The notes beneath the pieces were generated by a model that ran no database searches, was not told where the DNA came from, and saw only the letters and a program-made list of their open reading frames with translations. A stretch of DNA of 38,751 nucleotides from an uncultured Rhizobiaceae bacterium (GTDB lineage Bacteria; Pseudomonadota; Alphaproteobacteria; UBA828), in assembly GCA_964623955.1 (NCBI GenBank), contig CAZUVO010000009.1, forward strand, positions 1 to 38,751, in the 5' to 3' direction. This document shows, in pieces, positions 36,422-38,751 of this stretch (its first letter is position 1; each line of letters begins with the position of its first letter). The translations under genes and the position numbers were made by a program.

Positions 36422-38056
36422 TTACTCAATTAGTCTAGATTTGAATGACTTCAAGCTGCTTGGGCCACGACTTACCCACAAAATCACTATGCCAATCGAG
36501 ATAAGCAGCACGATTATCATCGTCAGGTCGCCCATCACCGCATAGGGCGTGCGCCCGAGCGCGCTCGGCAGTGGCGCCTGCAGCACCCCCTCGGCACCGA
36601 GCGGAAGACGCCCGATATATCGACCGAGCGGATCAATGACAGTGGAGATTCCTGTATTGGCGGCGCGCACCAGCGGCAGGCCTTCCTCGACCGCGCGCAG
36701 GCGGGCGGCCTGCAAATGCTGGTAAGGGCCGGCGGTGTTGCCGAACCAGCCATCATTGGTGATGTTGAGCAGCCAACCCGGCCGCGCATCGGAGGCAACG
36801 ACCCGCCCGGGAAAAATCGCCTCATAGCAAATCAGCGGACTAACCGGCGGCAGGCCCGGAATCTTCAGGGTCAGGGCCCCGGGGCCGGCGGAAAAATCGG
36901 TATCGCCATAGGTCAGCTTGGCAAAACTCATAATACTTCGAAGCGGCATGTATTCGCCGAACGGAACCAAATGATGCTTATCGTAAGTAAGGCGCAATTC
37001 GCCCTTACCATCGACGGCATGCAGGCTGTTCCACAACCTAAATGACCCCTCACCGCCGCCGCTGCGGCGAAGCGCGCCGGTAATCAGCAGCCCGTTCTCG
37101 GGAACGGCGGCTGAGAGCCAATTCGCCAGGCCCGAATCCTGGCTGACATCGTAAGGCACCGCCGTTTCCGGCCAGATCACATGGCTGACGGCGCCGGGCG
37201 CGGCGGCGAGGGTCATGCGCATATGCTTCTCCAGCGCGGCCTTGCGCGTATCGCCGCGCCATTTCAGCTCTTGGGGAATATTCGGCTGGACGATCAGCAG
37301 ATTGACCCCTGGCACCGGGGGCGTGTTCTGCACCGCGAGGCGAATCGTGCCGCCGACCCAAATGGCGGCGAGGACCAAGATCATGGCCGCTGGCGCGCGC
37401 CAGTTCCGCGCCGCCGCGCCGCCTTGCCGCGGCTCGGCGAGCAGTGCGAAGGCGCCGGCGGCGAGAATGGTGAGGAAGCTCAGGCCATAGGCGCCGGTCA
37501 CCGCCGTCATTTGGATCATGCCCTCCGAGACGGTCCAGGCCGTGCCGATCAAATTCATCGGAAAGCCGCTCAATATCGTTCCGCGCAGCCACTCGGTCGC
37601 GGTCCAGGCGACGGCGAACAGGAGCAGGCGGGCGAACCCGCGTTGCCGGCTGACCGAAACCGCGAGCGCGGCGAGGGCCGGAAACAGCGCCAGCCCGGCG
37701 GCGAGGCCGATCACCGCGGGCACGGACACAAAGGCGAACCTGTCCGGATCCGTCAGCAGCGCCGCGCCAACCCAATAGCAGGCGGCGAGAAAATGGCCGA
37801 AGCCGAACCACCAGCCCGAAAGCGCGGCGCGCCAAGGCGAGGATGCCGACGCGATCAGCCATAACAGGCCGGCGAAGGCCAGGATCAGCAGCGGCAGCCC
37901 ATGGGCCGGCGGCAGCGCGCCGGCGGCGGCGATGCCCAACAGGAAGCCGAGGAGCGAGCGCCGCCAGCCGCGAAGTGCCGCGACGCGGTCGGAGAGACGT
38001 GTCACAAAACCGGTGCCGCCGCGCGCAACAGCGTCGGCGGTGCTGGGCGGGGTCAC
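36422..38056 (-). CDS. lnt: Apolipoprotein N-acyltransferase
   Basis: 544 aa with multiple N-terminal TM segments, then a CN-hydrolase domain (VIWPETAVP...LICYEAIFP...NITNDGWFG) and a C-terminal TM helix. Its GTG start overlaps the corC stop (GTGA). Confidence 0.93.
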   Translation of the reverse strand: MTPPSTADAVARGGTGFVTRLSDRVAALRGWRRSLLGFLLGIAAAGALPPAHGLPLLILAFAGLLWLIASASSPWRAALSGWWFGFGHFLAACYWVGAALLTDPDRFAFVSVPAVIGLAAGLALFPALAALAVSVSRQRGFARLLLFAVAWTATEWLRGTILSGFPMNLIGTAWTVSEGMIQMTAVTGAYGLSFLTILAAGAFALLAEPRQGGAAARNWRAPAAMILVLAAIWVGGTIRLAVQNTPPVPGVNLLIVQPNIPQELKWRGDTRKAALEKHMRMTLAAAPGAVSHVIWPETAVPYDVSQDSGLANWLSAAVPENGLLITGALRRSGGGEGSFRLWNSLHAVDGKGELRLTYDKHHLVPFGEYMPLRSIMSFAKLTYGDTDFSAGPGALTLKIPGLPPVSPLICYEAIFPGRVVASDARPGWLLNITNDGWFGNTAGPYQHLQAARLRAVEEGLPLVRAANTGISTVIDPLGRYIGRLPLGAEGVLQAPLPSALGRTPYAVMGDLTMIIVLLISIGIVILWVSRGPSSLKSFKSRLIE

Positions 38057-38751
38057 TTTGTGCCGGTCTCGTCCGGCGCTGTCGCCGCGCTAACGCGCAC
38101 CCGTTTGACCCGCCTCGGATCGGCATCGATGATTTCGAACGTGAGCCCCGAGGGATGGCGCAACCGGTCATGCTTCAAGGGCACGCGGCCGGCGAGACGT
38201 GAGACAAGGCCGCCGACGGTCTCAATATCTTCATCCAGCTCGCTGTCTCTCAAGGTGACGGAGAAATGCGACTCCAGGGCTTCGATCTCCGTCCGCGCAT
38301 CGGCCTCGACGCCGCCATCGCCGGTCAGGTTCAGCGCCGGTGCCGGCGCCTCGTCATGCTCGTCCTCGATTTCGCCGACGATTTCCTCGACCAGATCCTC
38401 GATGGTGACGAGCCCGTCGGTGCCGCCATATTCGTCGACGATGATCGCCATATGGAGGCGGCTGGTGCGCATCTTGGCGAGGAGATCGACCACCGGCATG
38501 GATTGCGGCACGAACAGTACCGGCCGGACGATACTCTGCAGGCGGAACTTCGCCGCGTCGTTCCACAGCGCCATAACGTCGCGGATATGCACCATGCCGA
38601 CGACCTCATCCAGCGTCTCGCGGAATATCGGCATGCGCGAATGGCCGCTTTTCTTGATCGCTTCGACAATGTCCTCGAGGGTGGCGTTGTCCTCGACCGC
38701 GACGATGTCAGGCCGGGGCACCATGGCGTCTTCGGCGCTGAGGCGGCCGAG
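38053..38751 (-). CDS. corC: CBS-pair / CorC_HlyC domain protein (hemolysin C / Mg-Co efflux-associated), 5' end beyond the right window edge
   Basis: The frame is open to the window end (…LGRLSAEDAMVPRPDIVAVEDNATLEDIV...). CBS domains are followed by the transporter-associated domain (GGLVSRLAGRVPLKHDRLRHPSGLTFEIIDADPRRVKRVRV). It sits in the classic ybeY-corC-lnt neighbourhood. Confidence 0.9.
   Translation of the reverse strand, partial: LGRLSAEDAMVPRPDIVAVEDNATLEDIVEAIKKSGHSRMPIFRETLDEVVGMVHIRDVMALWNDAAKFRLQSIVRPVLFVPQSMPVVDLLAKMRTSRLHMAIIVDEYGGTDGLVTIEDLVEEIVGEIEDEHDEAPAPALNLTGDGGVEADARTEIEALESHFSVTLRDSELDEDIETVGGLVSRLAGRVPLKHDRLRHPSGLTFEIIDADPRRVKRVRVSAATAPDETGTK

Overview
High-GC (roughly 60-65% by eye), almost fully coding chromosomal core region that looks alphaproteobacterial, judged from the Irr regulator with a perfect ICE box, the rpsT-dnaA linkage, and the mutM/ubiE/ubiB/coaBC/dut and corC-lnt neighbourhoods. 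Gene content from left to right follows. (1) Replication cluster on the minus strand: gyrB (3' end cut by the window edge), recF, dnaN and dnaA. A rhodanese gene abuts dnaA, and rpsT lies further upstream. (2) Housekeeping genes: enoyl-CoA hydratase, a small exported protein, mutM, divergent ubiE-ubiB, pxpC/pxpB. (3) A co-directional string coaBC-dut-Rrf2-cysK-moeB-like that ends in an orphan pair: an 82-aa ParB/Srx-fold protein plus a 117-aa unknown protein. (4) A 2-hydroxyacid dehydrogenase and an SH3-like exported protein. (5) A rubrerythrin / CCG-type Fe-S protein / DUF3501 operon with a perfect Irr ICE box in its upstream region, right next to irr. (6) A nitronate-monooxygenase-family gene. 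(7) The classical rimP-nusA-ylxR-infB-rbfA-truB-rpsO-pnp block. (8) trmB (reading frame broken inside a T9/A9 homopolymer), metK, a conserved XRE-type regulator, lnt and corC (5' end cut by the window edge). I found no rRNA, tRNA, CRISPR array, IS element, integrase or prophage genes. The many long ORFs antisense to real genes are GC-rich shadow frames. The most interesting items are the ParB/Srx-like two-gene cassette, the Irr/ICE-linked rubrerythrin-FeS-DUF3501 module of unknown biochemistry, the homopolymer frameshift in trmB, the rhodanese gene coupled to dnaA, and a 12-bp direct repeat that duplicates the start-codon context of the XRE regulator and creates a 7-codon uORF. All calls come from reading the sequence and translations and from remembered family motifs. 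No database search was run.
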